Below are positions 34,834 through 43,853 of a stretch of DNA of 64,000 bases, one piece after another. The stretch covers positions 186,001 to 250,000 of the IMG/VR virus record IMGVR_UViG_3300028840_002431. One strand, given 5' to 3'. The position numbers and the translations under genes are program-made. The notes under the pieces are model-generated. The model did no database searches. It had not been told where the DNA came from and saw only the letters and a list, made by a program, of their open reading frames with translations. Position 1 is the stretch's first letter, and each line of letters opens with the position of its first letter.

Positions 34834-35234
34834 TATCCCATGTACTCCCAATCGTCGGGGTGAGAGAATACGTTCCAGGTGCAATCGCACGTGAACTGAT
34901 ACTCTTGTCCGAAGTCCAGGTCCCTGGCCTTCATCCGCGTGCTGTGCTCCTTCCCACAGTTCTCGCACTTGCCCTTGACCAGCCACTCACCTTCCGGATC
35001 GTAAGCCGTTCCGTCGTTTTCCCTGACCACGAAGTACGAGATCAGCTTGATCCGGCGAGTCTCGATCCTGATCTCCCATCCGGCATCCGCGATCAGCACC
35101 TCCCGGCATCCCAGCGCCCTTTCGGTTGCCGCCGTGGACTTGATCATGGACAGGTGCGCCTTCTCGATTTCGTCCTTGCTGAGAGACAACTTCTCCGCGA
35201 ATATGGTCTCGTTCGATCTGATATTCAGTTTCAT
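34833..35234 (-). CDS. hypothetical protein with Zn ribbon
   Basis: CENC...CDC. Confidence 0.65.
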   Translation of the reverse strand: MKLNIRSNETIFAEKLSLSKDEIEKAHLSMIKSTAATERALGCREVLIADAGWEIRIETRRIKLISYFVVRENDGTAYDPEGEWLVKGKCENCGKEHSTRMKARDLDFGQEYQFTCDCTWNVFSHPDDWEYMG

Positions 35235-35440
35235 CGCTCCGCCTTCCAGCGCTCCAAGGCCGTCTCTTCGGCCTTCTCGCGCTCCAAAGTAAACACGTGG
35301 TACCGCGTCTTGCACTGACTGGGGCGGCCGATGTAGACGTAGAACCCGGCCGGGTTCCCCAAACTGGTTCTGGGGCGGCTCTTGATGACGACCTTTTCCC
35401 CGCCCACCGTGGTCGTCCTTTGCTTTATCACCGTGCCCAT
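35231..35440 (-). CDS. hypothetical protein
   Basis: ATG 7 nt after class A motif. Confidence 0.7.
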   Translation of the reverse strand: MGTVIKQRTTTVGGEKVVIKSRPRTSLGNPAGFYVYIGRPSQCKTRYHVFTLEREKAEETALERWKAER

Positions 35441-35447
35441 ACTCGAC

Positions 35448-35474
35448 CTACAGGCAGCGAGGGTCGGATCTAAA
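35448..35474 (-). promoter_or_regulatory. class A promoter-like motif
   Basis: TTTAGA-N17-GTAG-N7-ATG. Confidence 0.7.
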
Positions 35475-35991
35475 GATTAAATTGCCGGGCTGTGATAACC
35501 CTGTTCCTACACTCAACCACCTTGAAATACTTACTGATTTCGGGGACATAGGAGGCCAATTTGCGGTTCCCCTGCCAGCCTTTGGTGGTCACGCGGCCGA
35601 CACCAGATCGGTCTCCCTCGTGGACCTGGAAGTAGGCGGTCCCGTCGGCACCCACGGCATTTGCCGCCCGTCGGATGGTCATAGCCCGGTCGGCCTTGGA
35701 CCGGATAGTGTTCAAGACGTTTGCCACGGTCGCCGTGGCGGCTTGCCCGTCGCGGATCGCCCTGGCGGCTTTCTGGTTGTGTTTGTGGCTCCGATTGAAC
35801 GGGTCCCAGACAACGTTGGTGACATCCCGCTCGCGGAGAAAGTCGGTCGCATCCTCGTAAGGTCCGCCGCCGATGTCGGCGTTGACGGTGCCGGGCACGA
35901 AATCAACTTTCTTGTGGAGAGCCGGAACCTGATGAAGGGCTGTGTTGGCGCTCGTGATGGCTTGAGGTTTGATGTCCCAGAGTCTGTTCAT
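35470..35991 (-). CDS. class I SAM-dependent methyltransferase-like protein
   Basis: DIGGG, WDPFN, NVLNTI, YFQVHEG. Confidence 0.65.
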   Translation of the reverse strand: MNRLWDIKPQAITSANTALHQVPALHKKVDFVPGTVNADIGGGPYEDATDFLRERDVTNVVWDPFNRSHKHNQKAARAIRDGQAATATVANVLNTIRSKADRAMTIRRAANAVGADGTAYFQVHEGDRSGVGRVTTKGWQGNRKLASYVPEISKYFKVVECRNRVITARQFNL

Positions 35992-36377
35992 GACCTCTTG
36001 CTGTTGTTCGGATTGCGCGGGTCAAGCTCCCAGTGGCACCTGGGAGGGTCGTGCGCCTTTACCTTGTCCATTGCTTTCTTAGACGCTTCGGCGGCTTCGG
36101 CGGCGGCGATCATGTCCTTGACGATCTCACGCCAATTCTTGTTTGTACGAACTATCGCCAGGATCTTGCAATCCCACGGCCAACGGCGGTTCGTGCGCGG
36201 GTTCTTCCGCCGACCGTCCAACGCTTCGCTGGTTCGCAAGAGGATACCGAGTTGATACTCCACCCCGGAGGATCTGAGTTTCTTGACGATGCAGTATCGC
36301 CCTTTCCGCCAAACGAGTTTGGTCTTGGCCCAACCAGAACATTCAAACCCGTGCTTTTTGGAGAACTCCATATACAT
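35988..36377 (-). CDS. hypothetical protein
   Basis: coupled ORF. Confidence 0.65.
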   Translation of the reverse strand: MYMEFSKKHGFECSGWAKTKLVWRKGRYCIVKKLRSSGVEYQLGILLRTSEALDGRRKNPRTNRRWPWDCKILAIVRTNKNWREIVKDMIAAAEAAEASKKAMDKVKAHDPPRCHWELDPRNPNNSKRS

Positions 36378-36964
36378 TAGCGATGGTCCCTCTCTTCTTT
36401 CTCCTCGCGGGTTGCCTTGCAGTGCTTACACCTGATCTTCTTGGCCTTCCCGTGCGGCTCGAACACGCAATACTTGTTCTTCCGGTGCCGGTGAGAGTTC
36501 TCGCCGTACATGAGTTCGTCACACTCGTAGTATTTCTTGTAGAGGTATCTCGCGGGTACCCAAAAAGAGCCTCTCCAGGTTTTAACGTGGTAGGCCGCGT
36601 CTTGATCTTCTTTCACTTCGATTATCTCGCCAGTAGCAAGGCCGTAAACGTCATTGTTGCGGTTGGCGACCTTATCCAGGCTGACGAGTACGAAATCGCC
36701 TTTGATGTACGTCTCCGACTTGCGTTCTTCGGGGCGCGTATCGATGCGTTCTCCCGCCTCCGTTAGGACGTATTGGTACGACGCGAGCCGGTTGCTCTTT
36801 GGCGTTGGCACCTTCTTGAGGAGACCCTTCTTGGCAAGACTTTCGCACAGCCTCTCCGACGAGGATGTGTTGGCCCATTCGAACCCACAGTGTTGGTGCC
36901 AGCGCTTCCAGCGGGACTCTTGAATCCATCTGAGCCAGGAGAGTTGGTTCTTACCCAGTTTCAT
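36377..36964 (-). CDS. winged-helix-like plus SH3-like protein
   Basis: MKLGKNQ...SLAKKGLL...YVLTEAGE resembles the 33175 ORF. Confidence 0.65.
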   Translation of the reverse strand: MKLGKNQLSWLRWIQESRWKRWHQHCGFEWANTSSSERLCESLAKKGLLKKVPTPKSNRLASYQYVLTEAGERIDTRPEERKSETYIKGDFVLVSLDKVANRNNDVYGLATGEIIEVKEDQDAAYHVKTWRGSFWVPARYLYKKYYECDELMYGENSHRHRKNKYCVFEPHGKAKKIRCKHCKATREEKEERDHR

Positions 36965-37167
36965 GACGTACCGTGGAGCATTCGCCGTATCCCTTTGCGG
37001 GTCGGCTTGAACTTCTCGTAGTCGGCCTCTGGGCACGGGCAACTGATGAGGCCCTTCTTCGCGAGAGAGCGTGCCGCTTTAACATCCGGATGCATGTAGT
37101 GTAGAGAAATCTCGCCATGTGTAATGACGGCTGCTATGACCTTGAGTTCTTGCTTGGTGATCTTCAC
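36961..37167 (-). CDS. winged-helix-like protein
   Basis: SLAKKGLI...PTRKG; GTG start with SD GAGG. Confidence 0.55.
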   Translation of the reverse strand: MKITKQELKVIAAVITHGEISLHYMHPDVKAARSLAKKGLISCPCPEADYEKFKPTRKGIRRMLHGTS

Positions 37168-37346
37168 GCGAACCTCGGAGTGTGTTTTGTGATCAGGGCC
37201 TCGCCCATTTGCCAGCGGGCCAAGAAGAGGTGAGCCTTCAAGGAAGCGAGCAAGAACCAGCCGCTGGTGTCGAGTAAAAACCACTCAGGCTCACACCAGA
37301 TCCCCTTGGTCACGTAGACCCGCCATTTCGGTTCGGCTTTAGGCAT
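37164..37346 (-). CDS. hypothetical protein
   Basis: follows class A motif at 37363-37389. Confidence 0.6.
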   Translation of the reverse strand: MPKAEPKWRVYVTKGIWCEPEWFLLDTSGWFLLASLKAHLFLARWQMGEALITKHTPRFA

Positions 37347-37362
37347 ATTGTCCTTACCCTCC

Positions 37363-37389
37363 CTACTACTGACCAGGGCCAGACCTAAG
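37363..37389 (-). promoter_or_regulatory. class A promoter-like motif
   Basis: CTTAGG-N17-GTAG. Confidence 0.6.
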
Positions 37390-37849
37390 ACTTATTTTTG
37401 AGCGCCTCCCCTATGGATACCGTCAGCTTTGATCGGCTCTTCTGCCATTGCTCCCAGAACTCGGTTCCAGGGCCTTTGGCTCGTACTGCCTCGATGACCC
37501 TTTTACAGTTGGCCATGTCCATCATGAACATGTGGGCCTGATCCTTGGTCATGCTCATCACGGCCTGGAGCCAGAGGTAGGCTTCCGGCCGTGTGCAATG
37601 ACCTTGTCGCCAGATTGGATCGAAGGTGTCATGCGCTTTCTTGCGCCAGCCTTGAAGTTCTCGGGTCCGGGGCTTCCCTCTTGGAGAGCCGTCGTAATTG
37701 GCCGGGAGCACGCCCTTGCAGTCCGGGTAATTGGCACAACCATAGAACCACCGTTCGAGCCGCCACGACCAGCGTAGCTCCAGGACGCCCTGACACCCTG
37801 GTTCGGCGCATTGGAGTCCTGCCACTTCTTTTGTCGGTTTCCTAGGCAT
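37385..37849 (-). CDS. zinc-ribbon protein (DUF3268-like)
   Basis: FYGCANYPDC...RKKAHDTFDPIW...AYLWL...H. Confidence 0.75.
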   Translation of the reverse strand: MPRKPTKEVAGLQCAEPGCQGVLELRWSWRLERWFYGCANYPDCKGVLPANYDGSPRGKPRTRELQGWRKKAHDTFDPIWRQGHCTRPEAYLWLQAVMSMTKDQAHMFMMDMANCKRVIEAVRAKGPGTEFWEQWQKSRSKLTVSIGEALKNKS

Positions 37850-38011
37850 GGTTAAAAGTGAGGCCCCCTATCGGAGCGAACCCTGGCCGTGGGGGGGAAC
37901 CGGCCATAGGAACGCGACAGGGGGCCTCGGCCCACCCTTCAACGGGGACGGGTGGGCACATCTTATATGATTCACAGTAAGATTAATCCTACCTCTCCTC
38001 TCGTGCTCTCG

Positions 38012-38461
38012 TCAGGAAATCTCTCCGTCACTGGCCCACTCGACCGCGAACACGACAACGGCCTTGCTGCCGTTGATCTCTTCCGCGATCTTGGTGAACG
38101 AAGCTTGCACGTCGGCGTACGCCTCGTGGTGGTCCGAACCTGAACAGAGGTCGATGGTCTGGCCCGTCTCGATCTCGGCCATGAGTTCCTTGGCCCACTC
38201 TTCCAGGGTTTCCTTGCCCAATTCAGCCGGGTCGAAGTTCTCGACGCAAACGGCCACATTGATGTCTTCGTGGCCCTCGACGACGATGTAGTTGGTACCA
38301 GCGTCATACCCACGAGCACCCCAATACTCGTAAGATCCGATGCCGTCGTTCTCGACGGAGTAATCGACGCGGGCGGTAGAAAGCGCCTCTTCGAGGTCGC
38401 CCAGACCCTCCCAATCGGGGTCATCCATTTCGGGGACTGAAATAAAAATATCTGTTGCCAT
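38012..38461 (-). CDS. acidic hypothetical protein
   Basis: DGIGSYEYWG..GYD; ATG 7 nt after class A motif. Confidence 0.75.
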   Translation of the reverse strand: MATDIFISVPEMDDPDWEGLGDLEEALSTARVDYSVENDGIGSYEYWGARGYDAGTNYIVVEGHEDINVAVCVENFDPAELGKETLEEWAKELMAEIETGQTIDLCSGSDHHEAYADVQASFTKIAEEINGSKAVVVFAVEWASDGEIS

Positions 38462-38468
38462 GACTGTA

Positions 38469-38495
38469 CTACGAATCAGGGGAGTCTAATATAAA
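38469..38495 (-). promoter_or_regulatory. class A promoter-like variant
   Basis: TTTATA-N17-GTAG-N7-ATG. Confidence 0.6.
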
Positions 38496-38795
38496 GATTG
38501 TTTTCAGGGTATTTGACAAATCGTACGGGCCGGGCCATTTTTAATTTGAATTGACGACCTTGGGGTGTATAAGGGTCGTACTAACGGTTGGAGAAATGCC
38601 CAGGACAATCAACATACCAGCACCGATGCTCCCCGGCACCCTTATCTGACCTGTCCATATACGGCGGGTCACAACGGACCCGCCTCGAAAAACGCTTGTT
38701 TTCCTGGTGGGTTATGGAGGAAAACGAGATGTTTAACTGCTTCATTGAACCAGAAGACCCCGGTCATCCGTGCGTGCGAGGCACGGGCCACGTAT

Positions 38796-38872
38796 CGGGG
38801 TAAGGGCTTGATGGTAAGCCGCTTGGTTCGGGACCAAGAGTTCTGCGGGTTCGACTCCCGCTACCCCGACCA
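38796..38872 (+). tRNA. tRNA-Pro(CGG)
   Basis: CGGGGTA/TACCCCG-ACCA; CTTGG-TTCGGGA-CCAAG; non-canonical position 8. Confidence 0.85.
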
Positions 38873-38879
38873 AAGAAAC

Positions 38880-38956
38880 CGGGGAGTAGCTCAGTCTGGC
38901 GGAGCGTCTGCTTTGGGAGCAGAAAGTCGTCGGTTCGAATCCGGCCTCCCCGACCA
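38880..38956 (+). tRNA. tRNA-Pro(TGG)
   Basis: canonical cloverleaf, TCTGC-TTTGGGA-GCAGA, ACCA. Confidence 0.95.
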
Positions 38957-38965
38957 GGAGGACAA

Positions 38966-39094
38966 ATGGCTAAGAAAGCGTGCATGTCCAACGTTCGTGA
39001 TCCAGAGAACCGGAGCAAAAAGGGATGCGTGTGCGGCGGCCACAGCCGGGCCGCACGGAAGAAGAAAAAGAAGTGGACCAGAAAGAAAGCGTGA
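38966..39094 (+). CDS. small basic protein (42 aa)
   Basis: SD AGGAGG; between tRNAs. Confidence 0.55.
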   Translation: MAKKACMSNVRDPENRSKKGCVCGGHSRAARKKKKKWTRKKA

Positions 39095-39168
39095 TGCGGT
39101 GCAAGCGGGGATGCTGACTGGGTTTCATAAGCCCGGTTTATCGAGTTCGACTCTCGGGGCCGCAACCA
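39095..39168 (+). tRNA. tRNA(CAT)-like (Met/Ile2), degenerate D arm
   Basis: loop TTCATAA, T loop TTCGACT, ACCA end. Confidence 0.6.
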
Positions 39169-39174
39169 AGGAAA

Positions 39175-39801
39175 ATGAAATCATACCCAACAATACCGTA
39201 CGAGGTGCTCAAGGGGCTTCCAGTCTACATCTACGATAAGCTGGACGGTTCCAACATCCGTGCGGAATGGAGTAAGAAAAGAGGCTTCTACAAGTTCGGC
39301 TCACGGCGTCGGCTGCTTTCGGACGACTCGTTCATTATCAAAGAGGCAGAAGGGCTGATCCTGGCCCAACGAGAGGCGCTCGAAAGATACGTCGTAGACC
39401 AGTTTCGGTGTGACAGGTGTATATGCTTCTTTGAGTTCTGGGGTCCAAGCTCATTTGCCGGTCTACATAAAGAGGACGAGACGCACGAGACGGCCCTGTT
39501 GGACATCGAGATATATAAAAGAGGCTTCATCGACCAGAAGGCGTACCGGAAACTTCAAGAGAAGCTGGATGTCCCGACGCCCCGGTTTCTAACACACGAG
39601 AAGATGACAGCGGAGATAGAGGAACAAGCCAGGGCCGGTGAACTCGGAAGCTTTGAGGGGATCGTCTGCAAGTCAATAATGACCGACAAATACAAGAAGC
39701 CCCTCCGATTCAAGGTCAAGTCCCGGCAGTGGATCGAGAAAGTCAAAGCCATTCACGCCGGGAACCAAAAGGTTCTGAGAGAACTGTTAGAAGGTCTGTG
39801 A
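39175..39801 (+). CDS. RNA ligase (Rnl2-like nucleotidyltransferase)
   Basis: YDKLDGSNIR (motif I), FFEFWG, EGIVCK, FKVKS. Confidence 0.75.
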   Translation: MKSYPTIPYEVLKGLPVYIYDKLDGSNIRAEWSKKRGFYKFGSRRRLLSDDSFIIKEAEGLILAQREALERYVVDQFRCDRCICFFEFWGPSSFAGLHKEDETHETALLDIEIYKRGFIDQKAYRKLQEKLDVPTPRFLTHEKMTAEIEEQARAGELGSFEGIVCKSIMTDKYKKPLRFKVKSRQWIEKVKAIHAGNQKVLRELLEGL

Positions 39802-40013
39802 TGTTCGAGGAACACGAAATCGACTACCAGATGGATCGGCTCCGGAAAAAGGCCCAGAGCCTGGGAGTAACATTCAGGGAGTATGAATTCGACAGGATGG
39901 CCCAGAAGTTCGGGTTTTGGCAGACGATGGCCTGGACCGACAACATTCTTGACCGATTAAGGACTTTACGACACGGCAACCGGTGTAGTATTGAGAAGGT
40001 GGACCATGTGTAA
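39801..40013 (+). CDS. hypothetical protein
   Basis: TGATG coupling. Confidence 0.55.
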   Translation: MFEEHEIDYQMDRLRKKAQSLGVTFREYEFDRMAQKFGFWQTMAWTDNILDRLRTLRHGNRCSIEKVDHV

Positions 40014-40048
40014 GATATGCAAACGGGTAGCGCCCGTCCAAAAGACAG

Positions 40049-40126
40049 CCGCCCGTAGCTCAATTTGGTTAGAGTCCCCCGCTCATAACGGGGAAGTTGT
40101 TGGTTCGAGTCCAACCGGGCGGACCA
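40049..40126 (+). tRNA. tRNA(CAT), Met or Ile2
   Basis: CCGCCCG/CGGGCGG-ACCA; CCCCG-CTCATAA-CGGGG; class B motif at 39981 upstream. Confidence 0.9.
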
Positions 40127-40219
40127 CAAAGGTCATGGAAGCGAAGAAAGGCACTGTAACAATACACTCAAGCCCAAGTGGGCAAGAGATCCGAATATTC
40201 TCTTCACTGGCAGGGTAAT

Positions 40220-40453
40220 ATGTTCTGGAGAGCTAAACTAAAGTGGGAGAGGTGGAAGCGGGAGAAAGAAATCCGCGAACTTGACGAGAAGATTGAGGCG
40301 TCGAAACGTTGCTATCGTAGTTGGGACGAGGCGTGCCGGGAGAAACGAGCCGAGTACTCTCGCATCCTAAAAGAAAACCCACGACCCGAAATCCACGTCC
40401 ATGTCTCTGGCGGCAGTCGTTACCCCTACGGGTCCTCCCTGTCTGACATTTAA
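40220..40453 (+). CDS. hypothetical protein
   Basis: ORF in + strand cluster. Confidence 0.5.
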   Translation: MFWRAKLKWERWKREKEIRELDEKIEASKRCYRSWDEACREKRAEYSRILKENPRPEIHVHVSGGSRYPYGSSLSDI

Positions 40454-40463
40454 GGAATCGCAT

Positions 40464-40646
40464 ATGACACACGAGGAAATGTTCCAAGCGGCTCTTCGGC
40501 GGCCAAAAAACTATTTCGACCTCTCGGAGGAAAGCCAGTGGGAGATCGACAAGGGTTTAGGCATCCTCGATTGGAGCGGCCCTAAGACGGAAGAAGAGCG
40601 ACGGCAGATATACGAACACCACGGACTACCGTACGAGGAGAAGTAA
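40464..40646 (+). CDS. hypothetical protein
   Basis: SD AAGGA; QWEIDKGLGILDW. Confidence 0.65.
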   Translation: MTHEEMFQAALRRPKNYFDLSEESQWEIDKGLGILDWSGPKTEEERRQIYEHHGLPYEEK

Positions 40647-40647
40647 A

Positions 40648-41721
40648 ATGATCCACACATACTCAGACACGAAAGTTGGCGAATGCTCCAAGCCTACAGG
40701 CGGCGGCAGCGGACACCTCGAAGGGGACGTGTGGGTGAAGGAGTACGTGGAGTATGACGCCAGAGAGACGTTCCTGGCCGACCTGGACGACCGGAAACTC
40801 GTAGACTGGAAAGAGGAGAAGTCAACACAGAGCTTGTTCCACCAGACGGACACCGTCCCGGAGGGAGACGCCTACCACAAGAACTTCTTACTCTACCTGG
40901 AAAAGTGCTGGGCCGACCATCTCGGCGTGGTCGTTACGCCGGACTCCATCTGGTATATGCTGTTGTGCGAACTGGCGGCGCTTGTGAAAGGAAACCCGGA
41001 ACGCTACCGGACGCTATTCACAGAATCGGATGGGAAACAAGACATCATAGTCTTGAGCGGTAGCCTCGTCGAGATGCCCTTGGACGTTCTGGTCGGGAGC
41101 CTGAAAGACTATGTGCCCACGGACACGGAACACTTCTTACCGGAGTTCTCGACCAGCACGGAGAGAAGCCAACACGCCTTCAATGCGGCCTTCTGTGACA
41201 TTTGCAGCCCCTACTACAACTACATGATGTTGTTGTGCGGCTTCCCGTATATCGACGTGAGAGGAACGAAAGAGGACTACGCGACAATAGCAGCCCACTG
41301 GAAGGCGTTGTCGGGTCTGATCGGCACCAACGTCTGGACGGAGAAGGTACAACAGGTTCTGAACGAGATCGTAGCCCACCTCGATTCCCCTGAGTTCTGG
41401 AAGAAGATGTTCTATCTTGAACGCTGTGGGTCCGGGAGCGACGTTGAGGCGTACGGCTGGATCACGAACCTATACAGAGAGCAACCAAGAACGAGGTACC
41501 CCAGCAACTTTTCACCCCACGTTTCGATAGTGAAATACAAGCAACTCGACACCGGGAAAGACTACGAGATGCGAGTGGGCCTGTTTTGCAGCCGCATGGA
41601 AGGTGATTTCCTGGTACCGGATTACGGGTACGTCATACACGAAAAGACGGAACAGAAGACCGTCTTCGGCCCCAGAGAAAGAACTGAAACCAGGAGAGTA
41701 GAGAGAGTCCTAAGAACGTAA
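40648..41721 (+). CDS. DUF4419-like protein
   Basis: H..VVTPDSIW...FSTST...YYNY...CGFP.I...GT.EDY...GWI. Confidence 0.7.
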   Translation: MIHTYSDTKVGECSKPTGGGSGHLEGDVWVKEYVEYDARETFLADLDDRKLVDWKEEKSTQSLFHQTDTVPEGDAYHKNFLLYLEKCWADHLGVVVTPDSIWYMLLCELAALVKGNPERYRTLFTESDGKQDIIVLSGSLVEMPLDVLVGSLKDYVPTDTEHFLPEFSTSTERSQHAFNAAFCDICSPYYNYMMLLCGFPYIDVRGTKEDYATIAAHWKALSGLIGTNVWTEKVQQVLNEIVAHLDSPEFWKKMFYLERCGSGSDVEAYGWITNLYREQPRTRYPSNFSPHVSIVKYKQLDTGKDYEMRVGLFCSRMEGDFLVPDYGYVIHEKTEQKTVFGPRERTETRRVERVLRT

Positions 41722-41731
41722 GAGGTCCGAG

Positions 41732-42646
41732 ATGAAAGGCTTGATCAACGCATTCACCAAGGCAGGGCTTCACCTTGAGGTCCTGGACTCCCCGATTCGT
41801 AACGGCGTCGGGATGGAGAATATCGTTCAGATCGATATCCAGCGGGGAGTGAAGCGGTCCAAACAGCTTCGAGGGGAGTGGTTTCGGATCTATCCCGGCA
41901 AGAACACCACGGTCCAGGTACGGGGTACCGACCGTAAGCTCAAGCAGTTGGTTCTCCTGGTGAAAGAGGATGAGCAAGAGTTCCACGAGAGAGTCCCCAC
42001 CTCCAAGCGTGTGAGGGCACAGAAGGGCTGGCTGGAAAGGATCTTGAGAGAGAACAACCTCAAGAAGAAGGATGTAGTCGAGAAGAGGCAGGACGCAATC
42101 ATCGTACGAAGGTTCACCCCGGCAGATACCCGTTACTTCTTGATGGGAGTGGATGAGAGGCAGCTATTTGTCGCCCAGTTGACGAGTGCCGCCACCTCAG
42201 TTCAGGGCGCTCGGAAGCTCCTGGGAAGGACGGTCCAGTTCGCGGAAGGCAAGCGACGGGGAAGCTCGATCGACCGGCAAGGTGAGTGGTTCTTCTTGGA
42301 GACCAATCAGAAACAAAGGGACACGTTGGACAAGATGCTCAAGAGGAACGAGATCGTTGTCCAGAAGAAACAACCCATCGGGAACCACATGAATCGTGGC
42401 GGCAACCCCCACACAGCCGACGAGCTACTCGTCGTGAACGATATCGACGACAAACTGGCCCACAAACGAGAGTCCGAATCCCGTTTCCCCGTACGAGGAA
42501 AGAAGGTGTTCATCAGAGGCCGCGTTCGCCACCAGGATCATAAGACAGTGGTCTTTCACAATTGGAGAGAGGTTGTCGCCAACAACGAAGGGGCGACCGC
42601 GCAACGTGGCACGACGAGGGCGACCGGCGTCTTTTGGATTGACTGA
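41732..42646 (+). CDS. hypothetical protein
   Basis: 304 aa; RQGEWFF...H...H.DH. Confidence 0.75.
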   Translation: MKGLINAFTKAGLHLEVLDSPIRNGVGMENIVQIDIQRGVKRSKQLRGEWFRIYPGKNTTVQVRGTDRKLKQLVLLVKEDEQEFHERVPTSKRVRAQKGWLERILRENNLKKKDVVEKRQDAIIVRRFTPADTRYFLMGVDERQLFVAQLTSAATSVQGARKLLGRTVQFAEGKRRGSSIDRQGEWFFLETNQKQRDTLDKMLKRNEIVVQKKQPIGNHMNRGGNPHTADELLVVNDIDDKLAHKRESESRFPVRGKKVFIRGRVRHQDHKTVVFHNWREVVANNEGATAQRGTTRATGVFWID

Positions 42647-43029
42647 TGGAGGTTCAACAGGAGTTACCCTTTCAGAAGAAATGCCTATTCTGCGAGGGCG
42701 GGACCCGGCACGAAGAATCTTACCCCTACGAACGATGGTGTGCCGAGTGTTCAGGAACAGGGACCATCGACCCAGACAAATATGAGGAGCACCGGCTCAA
42801 ACGGAAGTTCGGCCATTTCTGGGCCGCCTATTTTCTAACAAACCCCTTTGACCCAAACAGCCTGTGTTACTGTTGTGACAACAAAGCCACTACACGGATA
42901 GAAGCGAACATCTGGGGTACAATACACCAATATGACACGTGCGACGCTTGCGCCGAAAAGTGGGACGGTGTTAGAACGGACGGTCTACCTGAGAGGGAAC
43001 GACGTGAAAATCAAAGAGGTGCTGGCTGA
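42646..43029 (+). CDS. Zn-finger protein
   Basis: CLFCEG...CAECSGTG, CYCC...CDAC. Confidence 0.65.
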   Translation: MEVQQELPFQKKCLFCEGGTRHEESYPYERWCAECSGTGTIDPDKYEEHRLKRKFGHFWAAYFLTNPFDPNSLCYCCDNKATTRIEANIWGTIHQYDTCDACAEKWDGVRTDGLPERERRENQRGAG

Positions 43030-43261
43030 GAACAACCCCGACGCTCTGTTTGCCGATGGATATGATGACGCCCTGGTCGGAATCGCCCGACGTTGCGGAC
43101 AACCTGATTTGGCGGTTTATGACTACAACCTGGGTGTTAAGGTTCTGATGGAGCGCGACGGGATGACCTGGGAAGAGGCGGTTGAGTTCATAGAGTACAA
43201 TACTGTTGGAGCATGGTTCGGACCCAACACCCCTATATGGCTGGTAAGACCCGATGGCTAA
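43004..43261 (+). CDS. hypothetical phage protein
   Basis: ADGYDDALVG...EEAVEFIEYN..GAW.G..TPI pattern. Confidence 0.75.
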   Translation: MKIKEVLAENNPDALFADGYDDALVGIARRCGQPDLAVYDYNLGVKVLMERDGMTWEEAVEFIEYNTVGAWFGPNTPIWLVRPDG

Positions 43262-43520
43262 AGAAGCACAAATGACCGAAGAAGAGGCACGGCAACTTCA
43301 TAAGATCACGACGACCCTAGCCATCATGAAAGAATACGTGGAGGCGGGAGCCACGAACGAGCAGATTGCCCAGCTACAGAGAAGCTTCTACGCCTCAGAG
43401 AACAGTCCGTGGTTGTACGAAGAAGCTCCGAAGCCGAAGAGAAAACCAAAGAGAAAGCCGAAGAAGAGAGAGAAGCCGCTACCGTTGTTCTACCGTTGTC
43501 TCAAGAAGGAGATGTTCTAG
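43254..43520 (+). CDS. hypothetical protein
   Basis: KPKRKPKRKPK repeat. Confidence 0.6.
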   Translation: MAKEAQMTEEEARQLHKITTTLAIMKEYVEAGATNEQIAQLQRSFYASENSPWLYEEAPKPKRKPKRKPKKREKPLPLFYRCLKKEMF

Positions 43521-43594
43521 GGAGTGTCGCCAAGAGGATTGGCCCCGGTTTCCTAAACCGGTCAACGCAGGTTCGAATCCTGTCACTCCCGCCA
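43520..43594 (+). tRNA. tRNA-Arg(CCT)
   Basis: GGGAGTG/CACTCCC-GCCA; CCGGT-TTCCTAA-ACCGG. Confidence 0.9.
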
Positions 43595-43640
43595 AAGGAG
43601 GGTCGGATAGATGCCGTAACACCAAACAGGAGGAAAGAGC

Positions 43641-43850
43641 GTGTATCCGATTCAGATCCACTTAATCGAAGAAGAGGACCAGAGCTATTACTTCGCCTAC
43701 CACCCTGACTTCGGGTCTTCGGCTTGCAGCGCTACCGGCGACACGATCATGGAAGCCATCGAATCTCTGGACAATGTGAGAGAAGACCTCGTCGCATATC
43801 TGAAAGAAGCCGGTAAACCAATCCCTGCGCCCTCCAAGCTCCCGGAGTAA
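43641..43850 (+). CDS. hicB: HicB-like antitoxin domain
   Basis: YFAYHPDF...SATGDTIMEAI...GKPIPAP; SD AGGAGG. Confidence 0.75.
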   Translation: MYPIQIHLIEEEDQSYYFAYHPDFGSSACSATGDTIMEAIESLDNVREDLVAYLKEAGKPIPAPSKLPE

Positions 43851-43853
43851 AAC

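Noticed and set aside
35482-36255. Long antisense ORFs (also 54852-55619, 56541-57176, 32466-33104 and others)
   Set aside because: They are shadows of GC3-biased genes on the opposite strand, with no SD or recognisable motifs.
38565-39239. 224-aa ORF across the tRNA-Pro cluster
   Set aside because: It overlaps three tRNA genes and a better SD-supported small ORF, and the translation is not protein-like.
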